A program made the translations under genes and the position numbers. DNA of 64,000 nucleotides, from the IMG/VR virus record IMGVR_UViG_3300028394_000044, positions 64,001 to 128,000 of that record. The stretch is one strand, 5' to 3'. Source of the stretch: a virus. Under the pieces are notes generated by a model, which had not been told where the DNA came from, searched no databases, and worked only from the letters and a program-made list of their open reading frames with translations. Positions 10,141 to 19,929 of the stretch are shown here, one piece after another. The number at the start of each line of letters is the position of its first letter. Within the stretch, counting starts at the first letter, position 1.

Positions 10141-11372
10141 AATTTACCGAATTTTTAACCGAAGGTGTCAAAAAAGAAGGTGCAAATCTTCACTTAGAAC
10201 ACATTGAGGACGAAGTATTAAACCGTGGTGTCTCTGGTGCTAGAGATGCTATTAACTTTTTGCGATCTCTTAGAGATATGTTAGCTGGTCATGCTGATTC
10301 CAAAGTAGCCACAACAACTAAATGGGATGGCGCACCTGCTGTCTTCTGCGGTATCAATCCTGACAATGGTAAGTTCTTTGTCGGTACCAAGGGAGTCTTT
10401 AACGTTAATCCGAAGCTGAATTATACAGATGCGGATATTGATACTAATCATCCAAGTGAAGGTCTAAATGCAAAATTAAAAGTTGCTTTGCGCTATTTGC
10501 CTAAACTTGGTATTGATGGTATTCTTCAGGGCGATATGATGTTTACTAAAGGTGATGTGCAGAAAAAAACAATTGATGGCGTTAAGTACATTATCTTTCA
10601 ACCAAACACTATTGTTTATGCTGTGCCCGAAGATTCTGCACTTGCCAAAACGATGCTATCTGCACAAATGGGTATAGTATTTCATACTTCATACACAGGT
10701 AAGACCTTCTCTGATATGAAGGCTTCTTTTAACATTGATATTAATCACTTAAAGACAACAAAAGATGTTTGGTTCCGAGATGCTTACTTTATTGATGCAT
10801 CAGGCACAGCATCGTTTACTGAGAAAGAGACAAAAGAAGTTACTTATGCACTTTCTGATGCAGGTACACTATTTCAAAAAATCAATTCTATGACACTGAA
10901 TAGAATCAGCACTAACGAAACTTTACTAGTTCAAATTAAAACTTTCAATAATACAAAGGTTCGTGAAGGAAAAGCTATCACTGACACAGTTAAACATACA
11001 CAAGAATTGATTAAGTGGGTTGAAGAGAAGCTGAATAAAGAAATCTTAGCTGCTAAAAAAGAAGACACTAAACTAAAACGTCAAGCTGAGAAGAATGAAA
11101 TCATGCGTTTCTACCGAAACAATAATGGTGAACTCATTAAGATTTTCAATTTGATGAATGACTTAGTGATTGTTAAAAATATGATTGTGAATAAATTGCA
11201 ACAAATGAAGCAAGTAACACATACTTTCTTACAAACTGATGATGGATATAAAATTACCAATCCTGAAGGTTTTGTTGCTGTAGATAAACTATCTGGTGGC
11301 GCTGTTAAATTAATTGATCGTTTAGAATTTGCTCATGCCAATTTTACGGCTGCAAAAAATTGGTCAAAATAA
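10137..11372 (+). CDS. Conserved phage protein with ATP-dependent ligase-like nucleotidyltransferase motifs; putative capsid-targeting N-terminus
   Basis: TTKWDG (motif I), QGD (III), EGFV (IV), VKL (V); starts MKFTEFLTE. Confidence 0.65.
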   Translation: MKFTEFLTEGVKKEGANLHLEHIEDEVLNRGVSGARDAINFLRSLRDMLAGHADSKVATTTKWDGAPAVFCGINPDNGKFFVGTKGVFNVNPKLNYTDADIDTNHPSEGLNAKLKVALRYLPKLGIDGILQGDMMFTKGDVQKKTIDGVKYIIFQPNTIVYAVPEDSALAKTMLSAQMGIVFHTSYTGKTFSDMKASFNIDINHLKTTKDVWFRDAYFIDASGTASFTEKETKEVTYALSDAGTLFQKINSMTLNRISTNETLLVQIKTFNNTKVREGKAITDTVKHTQELIKWVEEKLNKEILAAKKEDTKLKRQAEKNEIMRFYRNNNGELIKIFNLMNDLVIVKNMIVNKLQQMKQVTHTFLQTDDGYKITNPEGFVAVDKLSGGAVKLIDRLEFAHANFTAAKNWSK

Positions 11373-11393
11373 AAAATTAAAGAAGATAAAAAA

Positions 11394-11687
11394 ATGAAAA
11401 AAATAATTCTACTTTTAGCTTTGCTATGTGCAAATTTTGCACATGCTCAACATTGGCATCATGGTTATCACCACGGCGGCGGTTATGGTGGTGGTTGGAA
11501 TTGGGTAGTGCCTGCTATTATTGGTGGCGCCGTTGTTTATGGTGTCACACGACCACCAGAAAGACCAGTTGTAATTGAGCAACAAACTATTATTGCACCA
11601 TATGCACCGCCTGCTGGTTTTCATTGGGAACAAATTGTTGATGCAAACTGTAATTGCAAAAGACTTGTACTGGTACAGAATCAATGA
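11394..11687 (+). CDS. Secreted/membrane Gly-His-Pro-rich protein
   Basis: Signal peptide MKKIILLLALLCANFAHA. Confidence 0.6.
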   Translation: MKKIILLLALLCANFAHAQHWHHGYHHGGGYGGGWNWVVPAIIGGAVVYGVTRPPERPVVIEQQTIIAPYAPPAGFHWEQIVDANCNCKRLVLVQNQ

Positions 11688-11842
11688 TAAAATTCAGAAA
11701 ATTTAAAGCACTACATAATAGTGTGAAAGAAGAAAAAGAGAAGAAGTCTCCTAATTCAGATATTCTTCCTGTCGCTGGTGCCGGACAATGGGGCACAAAC
11801 AAATTGACCAACAAGTATAAGAAAGATACGCCAGGTCAGTAA
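11684..11842 (+). CDS. Small conserved phage protein
   Basis: GAGQWGT..Y.KDTPGQ motif; ATGA-coupled. Confidence 0.55.
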   Translation: MIKFRKFKALHNSVKEEKEKKSPNSDILPVAGAGQWGTNKLTNKYKKDTPGQ

Positions 11843-11866
11843 TTTATAATTTTTTTGGAGTATATT

Positions 11867-12706
11867 ATGAGAGATTTAATTATAGGATGTTCTACTGGTT
11901 ATTCTTGGGACACAATAAAGTATTGGGTTAATTCTATTAACCAATCAGGATTTGAGGGTGAAAAAGCCCTCATTCTTATGAATTGTGATATTCAAACCGC
12001 ACAAAAAGTTGCTGATGCAGGTTTTATTATTATTGGTTTTGGTCAAGACGAACAGGGAAACCTAATCTTCCAGCACGGTAAGATTCCTGTTCACGTAGAG
12101 AGATTTCTACACATCTACAATCATCTTAATGATAACGAATATCGGTACGTTATTACTACCGATGTGAAAGATGTTATCTTTCAGAAAAATCCAATCGAAT
12201 ATATTGAAAGCAATCTACGTGATTGGGATAACTTGCTGTTTGCTTCTGAAAGTATCAAGTACAAAGATGAAGCATGGGGTAATCAGAATCTCTTGGAGAC
12301 TTACGGTCCTTACATTCATGAACGTTTTAAAGACAATGAAATTTACAACGTTGGTGTTTTAGCTGGTCACGGTAAATCTATGCGTGATTTGTGCATTAAC
12401 ATTTTCACTGCGGCTATCAATCGTCCTATTCCAATTTGTGACCAGTCAACATTTAACTTTATGATTTCAATGTCTCCTTATTTGGAGACCAGCAAATATG
12501 CCAAGTCTGAAGATGGATGGGCAGCACAACTCGGCACAACTGGTGATCCAAGCAAAATGAATATTCACTTGCCTTATTTGCTAGAAGCAATTCCAAAAAT
12601 GGAAGGTGATAAGGTACTAACCTCTACCGGCAAAGAGTTTACAATCGTACACCAGTATGATAGAGTGCCTGAATGGCGTAAGATTATTGAGGCAAAATAT
12701 GGTTGA
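11867..12706 (+). CDS. Glycosyltransferase-like protein
   Basis: TDVKDVIFQ DxD motif, N.G, DQ motifs. Confidence 0.7.
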   Translation: MRDLIIGCSTGYSWDTIKYWVNSINQSGFEGEKALILMNCDIQTAQKVADAGFIIIGFGQDEQGNLIFQHGKIPVHVERFLHIYNHLNDNEYRYVITTDVKDVIFQKNPIEYIESNLRDWDNLLFASESIKYKDEAWGNQNLLETYGPYIHERFKDNEIYNVGVLAGHGKSMRDLCINIFTAAINRPIPICDQSTFNFMISMSPYLETSKYAKSEDGWAAQLGTTGDPSKMNIHLPYLLEAIPKMEGDKVLTSTGKEFTIVHQYDRVPEWRKIIEAKYG

Positions 12707-13385
12707 TGGTGTATTTTTTATTAGTTCTGCTTTGAATGTTAAGCAGTTGTCGGTATTTAACAATGAAGAACGTTACAAACAGACGGCAGAAACGATTAAA
12801 AGTATTGACAAGTATTGTCCAAATAATGTAAAATACATGTTCGACACCTCATATGAAGAACCTAATCTTGAGTATATTGATAGTATGCAGAAGATGGGTG
12901 TAGAGTTCTTCTATACTGGTATACATCCCAGTGTTAAAGAGTTTTCTGATAAAGGTCAACGCAGTCTTGCTGAGACTCTTGGCTTTGCAATGATACTCCA
13001 ACACTTTAAGTATAACAAGATTAATTGTAAAAGAATTTACAAAATGTCAGGTAGATACAAATTGAACGATAATTTCATTTTGAATAAAGAAGAGTTCAAA
13101 GATTCGTTTGTATTTTTACCTACAGTAGATTCTTGGATGTCAAAAGATATTCAAGAGATGGCAGGTGTCGATAAGATTTTTGAATTGAGACTTTGGCATA
13201 TGGATGCTAATTTGTTTGATACCTTTTTTGCAGAGTTGCCTAACATCTTTCAGTGTATGGCACAAAACAATATTGATGTTGAACATTCATATTACAAATA
13301 TCTGAATAAGTATAAGTGGACAACAGTAGAACCGATTGGATTGGAAGGTGCAATTGCACCAACAGGAGAAATTATTAATGAGTAA
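12699..13385 (+). CDS. Glycosyltransferase-like protein
   Basis: ERY.QT..TI.SI and K.SGRY motifs; within sugar operon. Confidence 0.55.
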   Translation: MVDGVFFISSALNVKQLSVFNNEERYKQTAETIKSIDKYCPNNVKYMFDTSYEEPNLEYIDSMQKMGVEFFYTGIHPSVKEFSDKGQRSLAETLGFAMILQHFKYNKINCKRIYKMSGRYKLNDNFILNKEEFKDSFVFLPTVDSWMSKDIQEMAGVDKIFELRLWHMDANLFDTFFAELPNIFQCMAQNNIDVEHSYYKYLNKYKWTTVEPIGLEGAIAPTGEIINE

Positions 13386-14412
13386 AAATGTTTTGATTAC
13401 TGGTGGTGCTGGATTTATCGCTCATCATGCTATAGATAAAATGTTGAAAGAAACTGATTGGAATATTATCTGCCTCGACAGGCTTGATATTTCAGGCAAC
13501 TTGAATCGGCTACATGATATGTTACAAGACCATGATCCTGTAATTGTATCTAAGAGGTTGCGGATCATTTTCCATGACCTTCGTGCAGAATTGAATAGTC
13601 AAATTGTTGCTGATATTGGTCACGTTGATATTATTTTGCACCTAGCCGCAGCAAGTCACGTTGACCGTTCTATCACATACCCTATGGAGTTTGTGCAAGA
13701 CAACGTTATTGGTACAGTCAATATGCTCGACTATGCACGTAAGAACTTTCCGACTTTGGATCGTTTTGTTTATTTCTCGACTGATGAAATCTTTGGTGTA
13801 GCACCTCCCGGTGTTAGTTACAAAGAATATGACCGTTACAATAGCACTAATCCATATTCTGCAAGTAAAGCTGCTGCTGAAGAATTCTGTGTTGCTTATG
13901 AGAATACATATAAACTACCAATCGTAGTTACACATACCATGAATGTATTTGGTGAACGTCAACATCCAGAGAAGTTTATTCCTGCAACTATTCAGAAAGT
14001 ACGTGATGGTCAAAAAGTTATCATTCATGCTGATCCTTCTCGTACAAAAGCCGGTACTCGTATGTACATCCATGCTAAAGATGTTGCAGAAGGATTGCTG
14101 TTCATTCTAAATCTAAAAGATTATAAACACACAGGCGATTATGGTCATGCACATTGTCCTAAGTTTAACTTAGTTGGTACTGAAGAGATTGATAACCTGA
14201 CACTCGCACAATTGATTGCTGGTGGTGTTGACAAAGAACTCATTTATGAAATGACTGATTTCCACACTAGCAGACCAGGACACGATTTGCGTTATGCACT
14301 AGATGGTGGTTTATTAAAGAGTCTTGGATGGGAACCTAAAATTAAATTGAGTGAACGAATTAACGAAATGGTTAAATGGTCATTAGAGAACAATCGCTGG
14401 TTAAACAAGTGA
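13378..14412 (+). CDS. rfbB: dTDP-glucose 4,6-dehydratase
   Basis: TGGAGFI, HLAAASHVDRSI, STDE, YSASK, RPGHDLRY. Confidence 0.93.
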   Translation: MSKNVLITGGAGFIAHHAIDKMLKETDWNIICLDRLDISGNLNRLHDMLQDHDPVIVSKRLRIIFHDLRAELNSQIVADIGHVDIILHLAAASHVDRSITYPMEFVQDNVIGTVNMLDYARKNFPTLDRFVYFSTDEIFGVAPPGVSYKEYDRYNSTNPYSASKAAAEEFCVAYENTYKLPIVVTHTMNVFGERQHPEKFIPATIQKVRDGQKVIIHADPSRTKAGTRMYIHAKDVAEGLLFILNLKDYKHTGDYGHAHCPKFNLVGTEEIDNLTLAQLIAGGVDKELIYEMTDFHTSRPGHDLRYALDGGLLKSLGWEPKIKLSERINEMVKWSLENNRWLNK

Positions 14413-14419
14413 GATTATT

Positions 14420-15646
14420 ATGAACTGTGAAATTATTGAATCCTGTATTGCTTGTGGTAGCAATGACCTTGTTCCTGTATTGGACTTAGGTAATCAACCA
14501 CTCGCAAACTCTTACAAGAAAACTGCTGATGAAGTTGAAGAATATTATCCTTTAGCTATCAATCGATGTGAACATTGTTATCATGTACAACTAACTCATC
14601 GTGTCAATCCTGATTTGATGTTTAAAGACTATGCATATGTTTCGGGTACAGCAAAAACTCAGCTAGACTACTTTGAGTGGTTTGCAGATTTTGTATCTGA
14701 AAAATATGGTACTCGTCCAATAAATGCGCTCGATATTGGTTGTAACGATGGCAGTATGTTGAATGCATTTCAGGATAGAGGTGCGGAAACTTATGGTGTT
14801 GATCCTGCTGAGAATTTGTATGCAACTTCATCAGAAAGACATAAAGTTCATTGTGGCTATTTTACTGGCGATGAGTGGTCTGATAAATTTGATGTGATTA
14901 CTTGCATGAATGCATTTGCACATAACTTTGACCAACTTGAATTGTTGAAGAATATCTCTAAGAAGATGCACAAAGACAGTTTATTGTTTGCTACAACTTC
15001 TCAGTGTGATATGATTGTTAATGGTGAATTTGATACAATCTACCATGAACATTTGTCCTTCTACAATATCAAGTCAATTGATGCACTATGCAAGAGAGCA
15101 GGTCTAAATTTGATTGATGTTGAAAAGCATCCAATCCACGGCAACAGCTACATCTTTGTTATCAGCAAATACAAGAAAGCTCCTGCTACAATCAGTAATC
15201 TAATTACACAAGAGCAAGCACTTGGTCTCTATTCTGAATCGACATATTCTACTTATGCGGAAGATTGCTATAAAAACGTGAAGTTATTCAAAACTGTTAT
15301 TGAAAATGCAAGTGAGCAAGGAAAAGTTATTGTTGGTTATGGTGCACCTGCCAAAGGTAATACATTAATGAACTTTGCTGGTATTGGTCCAGATTTTATT
15401 ATTGATGACAATCCATTGAAGCAAGGTTTGTTTGCCCCTGGTGTAAACGTTCCAATCTATGGTTCCAATTATCTCGACAAATATGTAAACGATAAAGGTT
15501 TAGTTTTTATTCCTCTAGCTTGGAATTTCTTCAATGAAATTAAAAGTAAGATTAAATCTAAAAGACCTAATGGTGAAGACTATTTTATAAAATATTTTCC
15601 AACCTTTGTAGTCGAAAATCCTGAAGTAGCGCATCATCCTGTATGA
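14420..15646 (+). CDS. NDP-hexose C-methyltransferase
   Basis: CxxC..CxxC zinc domain, DIGCNDG, FDTIYHEH, GYGAPAKGNT, PLAWNF. Confidence 0.9.
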   Translation: MNCEIIESCIACGSNDLVPVLDLGNQPLANSYKKTADEVEEYYPLAINRCEHCYHVQLTHRVNPDLMFKDYAYVSGTAKTQLDYFEWFADFVSEKYGTRPINALDIGCNDGSMLNAFQDRGAETYGVDPAENLYATSSERHKVHCGYFTGDEWSDKFDVITCMNAFAHNFDQLELLKNISKKMHKDSLLFATTSQCDMIVNGEFDTIYHEHLSFYNIKSIDALCKRAGLNLIDVEKHPIHGNSYIFVISKYKKAPATISNLITQEQALGLYSESTYSTYAEDCYKNVKLFKTVIENASEQGKVIVGYGAPAKGNTLMNFAGIGPDFIIDDNPLKQGLFAPGVNVPIYGSNYLDKYVNDKGLVFIPLAWNFFNEIKSKIKSKRPNGEDYFIKYFPTFVVENPEVAHHPV

Positions 15647-16338
15647 AAATAGGTTTTGCTTTTTACGGTATCACTCATGGTACTGATAAGAAAACTGGTT
15701 ACACAAGAGACTTTCGAGAGTGTTGGGATAACATCCAAACGCTTCTGATTGATCCTTTCAAAGAACTTGGACATGAAACTATAAATTATGCTTCCACATA
15801 TCCGTTTGGAGATTTGGAAGTACGTGATGAATTTTATCGATTAGTTGCACCAAAGAAGGTAATCTATCCAGACTTTGAAGGTTCAAATGCATTCACTGCT
15901 AAATCTGCACTGCATGAAGTACTCATCGGAGAAGAATTAGATGCGGTAATCTTCACTCGTTTTGACATTTTATTTCACGATAAGATTGCTATTCATACTC
16001 AAATCGACTATAATAAGGTCAATGTTTTATTTCCTGAAGACCCTAATTGGTGGGCAAGTCATAGATTTGTTTGTGATTGTTTCTACATTTGGAACCACAA
16101 ATTTAGTCCTCTAGTTAAAGACGCTATGCGTGAGACATATGGTTGGCCAAGAGGCACTGAATATCCTGATACACATGGTATTCTGAACTTTTTGGTACCT
16201 AAAATTGGTACTGAGAATGTGAATTTTCTAGACACCGAATGTCAGATAAGTAACGTAAACAAATATTATACACTATGCAGACCGGATGTTCCAGACCATC
16301 CAATGAAGCATTCTTATGTGAAAGCGAAATATGGCTAA
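15643..16338 (+). CDS. Glycan-related hypothetical protein
   Basis: TRFD motif; coupled within sugar operon. Confidence 0.5.
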   Translation: MKIGFAFYGITHGTDKKTGYTRDFRECWDNIQTLLIDPFKELGHETINYASTYPFGDLEVRDEFYRLVAPKKVIYPDFEGSNAFTAKSALHEVLIGEELDAVIFTRFDILFHDKIAIHTQIDYNKVNVLFPEDPNWWASHRFVCDCFYIWNHKFSPLVKDAMRETYGWPRGTEYPDTHGILNFLVPKIGTENVNFLDTECQISNVNKYYTLCRPDVPDHPMKHSYVKAKYG

Positions 16339-17077
16339 GAATTTGATTATTTGTCCTGTTGGCATGGCGATGCCACACGATACTAGGTGGAAAGAAGAAG
16401 ACCATTGGAGATGGACTCACAATGAACGCAACTATGAAACACTCGTAGTTGTCTACAATGATTTTGAGCCTGAGCCAGGTTCATATGACCATATTCTAAG
16501 AATGAAAGGTCACAAATGGCAAATCGTTCAAGAAGTTGCGAAATCTTTTCCCATTGAAGACTATGAATATATTGGTTGTGTTGATGATGATTTGATTACA
16601 GGTTATCAAGACTTCAATACAGGTCTATCACTTGCTCACCATTTTAATTTCCAATACTGGCAGTTGTCTATGCCATTAGACTCTAGTTTGATTTACCAAT
16701 GCTTGTTCAATGATCCCACTTGCCATTTTTCTGAAACAAACTTCATTGAGATGGGTTCTTGTTTCTTTACACTAGAGAAGTTCAAGTTTCTAATGGAGTT
16801 TATTGGTCACTGGCCATTAGTAATTGCATGGGGAATAGACAAGACATTCTATGACTTGTTCCAATGTCCAGCAAACGTAGTTCATTGTGCCCAAATTCAT
16901 CAACCAATTCGTGATAGTTACTATGATAAAACTGAAGCTATGATGGAAATGAATGATTACTTGAATTTCAGATACCCATCTATTTTACGTGACCACTATA
17001 ATCGCAAGTCCAATTTTGTTGACCAACAACAAACCTTAAAGAAATTTATTTTAAATGTTGAAACTAGTAATACTTGA
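16331..17077 (+). CDS. GT-A-like protein (DUF707-like)
   Basis: DDD, ETNFIE, WGID motifs. Confidence 0.6.
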   Translation: MAKNLIICPVGMAMPHDTRWKEEDHWRWTHNERNYETLVVVYNDFEPEPGSYDHILRMKGHKWQIVQEVAKSFPIEDYEYIGCVDDDLITGYQDFNTGLSLAHHFNFQYWQLSMPLDSSLIYQCLFNDPTCHFSETNFIEMGSCFFTLEKFKFLMEFIGHWPLVIAWGIDKTFYDLFQCPANVVHCAQIHQPIRDSYYDKTEAMMEMNDYLNFRYPSILRDHYNRKSNFVDQQQTLKKFILNVETSNT

Positions 17078-17588
17078 TGTTGATGGTGTTCTTACTGATG
17101 GTAAGAAATATTATGATCGTGATGGAGCTGTCCGCCTAAAAACTTTCTGTGATAAAGATTGGACTGCTATCAAGCGTTTCAAAGCACTAGGAATTAAAGT
17201 TATCTTTTTAACTGGTGACCCATTCAACGTAACGATTGCTGAGAATAGAAATATTGATGTGATTGTCAATCGTCAGAATGGTACACACCGCGATAAATCA
17301 GACTATCTGCACGAAATTTGCCAAGAATATAATGTAGATGCAAAAGAGATTGTATTTGCTGGTGATGATATTTTTGATTATCATTTAATGGAATTGGTTG
17401 GTAAAGCATATTGTCCTACAGATTCGCCGCTTGAAATTAAATCTGTTGCTATACCTATTGCCAAAGGTGGAGAAAACTTTGTAATGCATATGTTTGACCA
17501 CTTAGAGATGATGGGAGAAATTGTGGTTGGTAATTTTTCAGACCATCTAGCTAAAGTTTATGAGTTGGATTTATTGGAGAAATTCTGA
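17055..17588 (+). CDS. KdsC-like HAD phosphatase
   Basis: DVDGVLTDG and GDDIFD motifs. Confidence 0.85.
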   Translation: MLKLVILDVDGVLTDGKKYYDRDGAVRLKTFCDKDWTAIKRFKALGIKVIFLTGDPFNVTIAENRNIDVIVNRQNGTHRDKSDYLHEICQEYNVDAKEIVFAGDDIFDYHLMELVGKAYCPTDSPLEIKSVAIPIAKGGENFVMHMFDHLEMMGEIVVGNFSDHLAKVYELDLLEKF

Positions 17589-18262
17589 TGAAAGATATTA
17601 CAATATACGGTCACCTAATTGGTGATACAGTAATGGATGGTGATTATGTTCTACCTCAAATTGGTGGCATGGCGAATGTATGGAGAGCATTATCTGATAT
17701 TGATATTAATTTAAATCTAGCACTCTCACCTACTGCTTACGGACAAGCAACAATTAAAGTATACCGAGATACCTGCACACGAGAATCTTTTGCTAATCTC
17801 AATGAATTGTCATTTGAACCGCATATACAAGAAAGTAAAATTTCACATGTGATGTATATTAATGAGTTGCCTAATACTAGATTCATGCATTACTTGGATG
17901 GTATAATTACTGCTGATACTTGTAAAGGTGAAAAATTTCTGAATAAGTATTTACTTGGAAAGATTGATTATTTGTTTGTTGCAGATGAAGATTGCCAAGA
18001 CTTGAATACATTACTAGCATACATAAAAGGTACAGTGATTTTACATTCTTCAACTGGAAGCAAAGTTTATCCACAAGATAAAGCACCTTGGTGTTTTGAT
18101 ATACCAGAAAGTCTGATTGTCAAAAATGCTAATGTTCTAGGAGCAGGTGATATTTTTGCTGCTAGTTTTCTTTATGGTATTCATAGAGGTATGGAAACTG
18201 AAGGTTGCATATCTTATGCACACTATAAAACGTCTGAATTGATTAGAAAATATAATGAATAA
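17588..18262 (+). CDS. PfkB-family carbohydrate kinase
   Basis: GGMANV and NVLGAGDIFAA signatures. Confidence 0.8.
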   Translation: MKDITIYGHLIGDTVMDGDYVLPQIGGMANVWRALSDIDINLNLALSPTAYGQATIKVYRDTCTRESFANLNELSFEPHIQESKISHVMYINELPNTRFMHYLDGIITADTCKGEKFLNKYLLGKIDYLFVADEDCQDLNTLLAYIKGTVILHSSTGSKVYPQDKAPWCFDIPESLIVKNANVLGAGDIFAASFLYGIHRGMETEGCISYAHYKTSELIRKYNE

Positions 18263-19442
18263 TTTTAAAAAATATAATTTATTGTTGCCAATTGCTGGCA
18301 AAGCACAGAGATTCTTGGATGCTGGTTATATGATGCCAAAGCCTTTAATTCTAGCAAGAGATAAACATGTAATTGATTGGTCTATGGAATCAATAGATTA
18401 TTCTGAATGTAATCTAATATTCATTGTTCGTCTGGATCATATTTACAATTTTAATATTGATAAGATTCTCAAACAAAAGTTTGGTGAAGATATTTCTATT
18501 GTAACTGTAGATCATGTAACCCGTGGTGCATTGGAAACTTGTACTCTTGCAAAAGAATACATTGACAATGATTTACCACTGTACATCTATACACCAGATG
18601 TTTACTTTGAGGAAATGTATAATAAAAAAACAGGAATTAAATTCTCACCCAATTCTATCCAAGGATGTGATGGATTTCTTTTAACCTTTTTAGCTAATAG
18701 TCCAGACCATAGTTATTGTGAGACTGATGATTTTGGTTTTGTTTCACGTGTAGTAGAAAAAGAAGTTATCAGCCAACACGCTAACGTTGGTCTTTACCAA
18801 TTCGGTACAGGTAAGATGTTTCTGAAGTATGCTCAAGAAGCAATTGATAACAACATGCTAGTAAAAGGTGAATTCTATATTGCTCCAATCTACAATCTAA
18901 TGATTCGTGATGGTTTAAAAGTTACATCCAAAGATACAGAAAAAATGCACATTCTAGGTACACCCGCTACCTTTGAATTCTTCTGTAAGAGAGTTTTGCC
19001 ACGATTCGGTGACAAACCAATCGCTATTGCCGCAGACCATTCTGGGTATGAATTGAAAGAAATTTGTAAAAAATTATTGGATGTATATGAGATTCCTTAT
19101 ATTGATGTTGGTACTTACGTAAATAAATCATGTGATTATTTTGATTATGTCAGCCAATCGGCTCAACTAGTTGCTGATGGTCATTGTGATCATGCAATTT
19201 CGTTTTGTAGAACGGGTCAAGGTGTAAATATTGCAGCCAATCACTGTGCGCCATTCATTTCAGCATTATGTTTTGATGACTTCACTACACAAATGGCTGT
19301 TGAACATAATTGTGCAAACCACTTTGCCGTACCTTCTAAATATGTAAGCGCAACAGAAATGGAAAAAATGATTCTCACTTGGTTGAGTGCAACATTTGAC
19401 GGAGGCAGACATTTTACCCGGCTAAACAAGGTTCTACAATGA
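18255..19442 (+). CDS. Sugar nucleotidyltransferase fused to ribose-5-phosphate isomerase B
   Basis: PIAGKAQRF..PKPLI N-term; AADHSG, CRTGQG, HNCAN, FDGGRH C-term. Confidence 0.85.
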   Translation: MNNFKKYNLLLPIAGKAQRFLDAGYMMPKPLILARDKHVIDWSMESIDYSECNLIFIVRLDHIYNFNIDKILKQKFGEDISIVTVDHVTRGALETCTLAKEYIDNDLPLYIYTPDVYFEEMYNKKTGIKFSPNSIQGCDGFLLTFLANSPDHSYCETDDFGFVSRVVEKEVISQHANVGLYQFGTGKMFLKYAQEAIDNNMLVKGEFYIAPIYNLMIRDGLKVTSKDTEKMHILGTPATFEFFCKRVLPRFGDKPIAIAADHSGYELKEICKKLLDVYEIPYIDVGTYVNKSCDYFDYVSQSAQLVADGHCDHAISFCRTGQGVNIAANHCAPFISALCFDDFTTQMAVEHNCANHFAVPSKYVSATEMEKMILTWLSATFDGGRHFTRLNKVLQ

Positions 19443-19891
19443 TTTTAATTTCTCATCGAGGCAATACTGAAGGCCCTAATATTCTATTAGAAAATACACC
19501 TAATTACATTCAGTCCGCAATCGACAGACAGTATATGGTTGAAGTTGATATATGGAAAAAAGATGATGTTTATTATATCGGTCACGATGCAAGTACAATG
19601 AATCCTGTTGACATTAATTGGCTAATTGATCGCCGGCAATGGCTCTGGATTCATTGTAAAAATAGAGAAGCATTAGACTCAATTTTAAGATTAAATCTTC
19701 ATTGTTTTTGGCACAATGAAGATTCTTATACCATGACAAGCAAAGGATACGTTTGGTGTTATCCTGGTCAACCTGCAGTGGGTTGGTTATCTGTAGCAGT
19801 CATGCCAGAAAAAAGAATTGATTTAAAAGACTTTAAATCGAATGAATATTTTGCTGTTTGTAGTGACTTTGTGAGTTTGCTAAATACATAA
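19439..19891 (+). CDS. Glycerophosphodiester phosphodiesterase-like protein
   Basis: ISHRGN, ENTP, VEVD, GHD, HCKN. Confidence 0.75.
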   Translation: MILISHRGNTEGPNILLENTPNYIQSAIDRQYMVEVDIWKKDDVYYIGHDASTMNPVDINWLIDRRQWLWIHCKNREALDSILRLNLHCFWHNEDSYTMTSKGYVWCYPGQPAVGWLSVAVMPEKRIDLKDFKSNEYFAVCSDFVSLLNT

Positions 19892-19929
19892 ATAATATGT
19901 AAAACTAACTTGCTGTAGAGGCATAAAAT

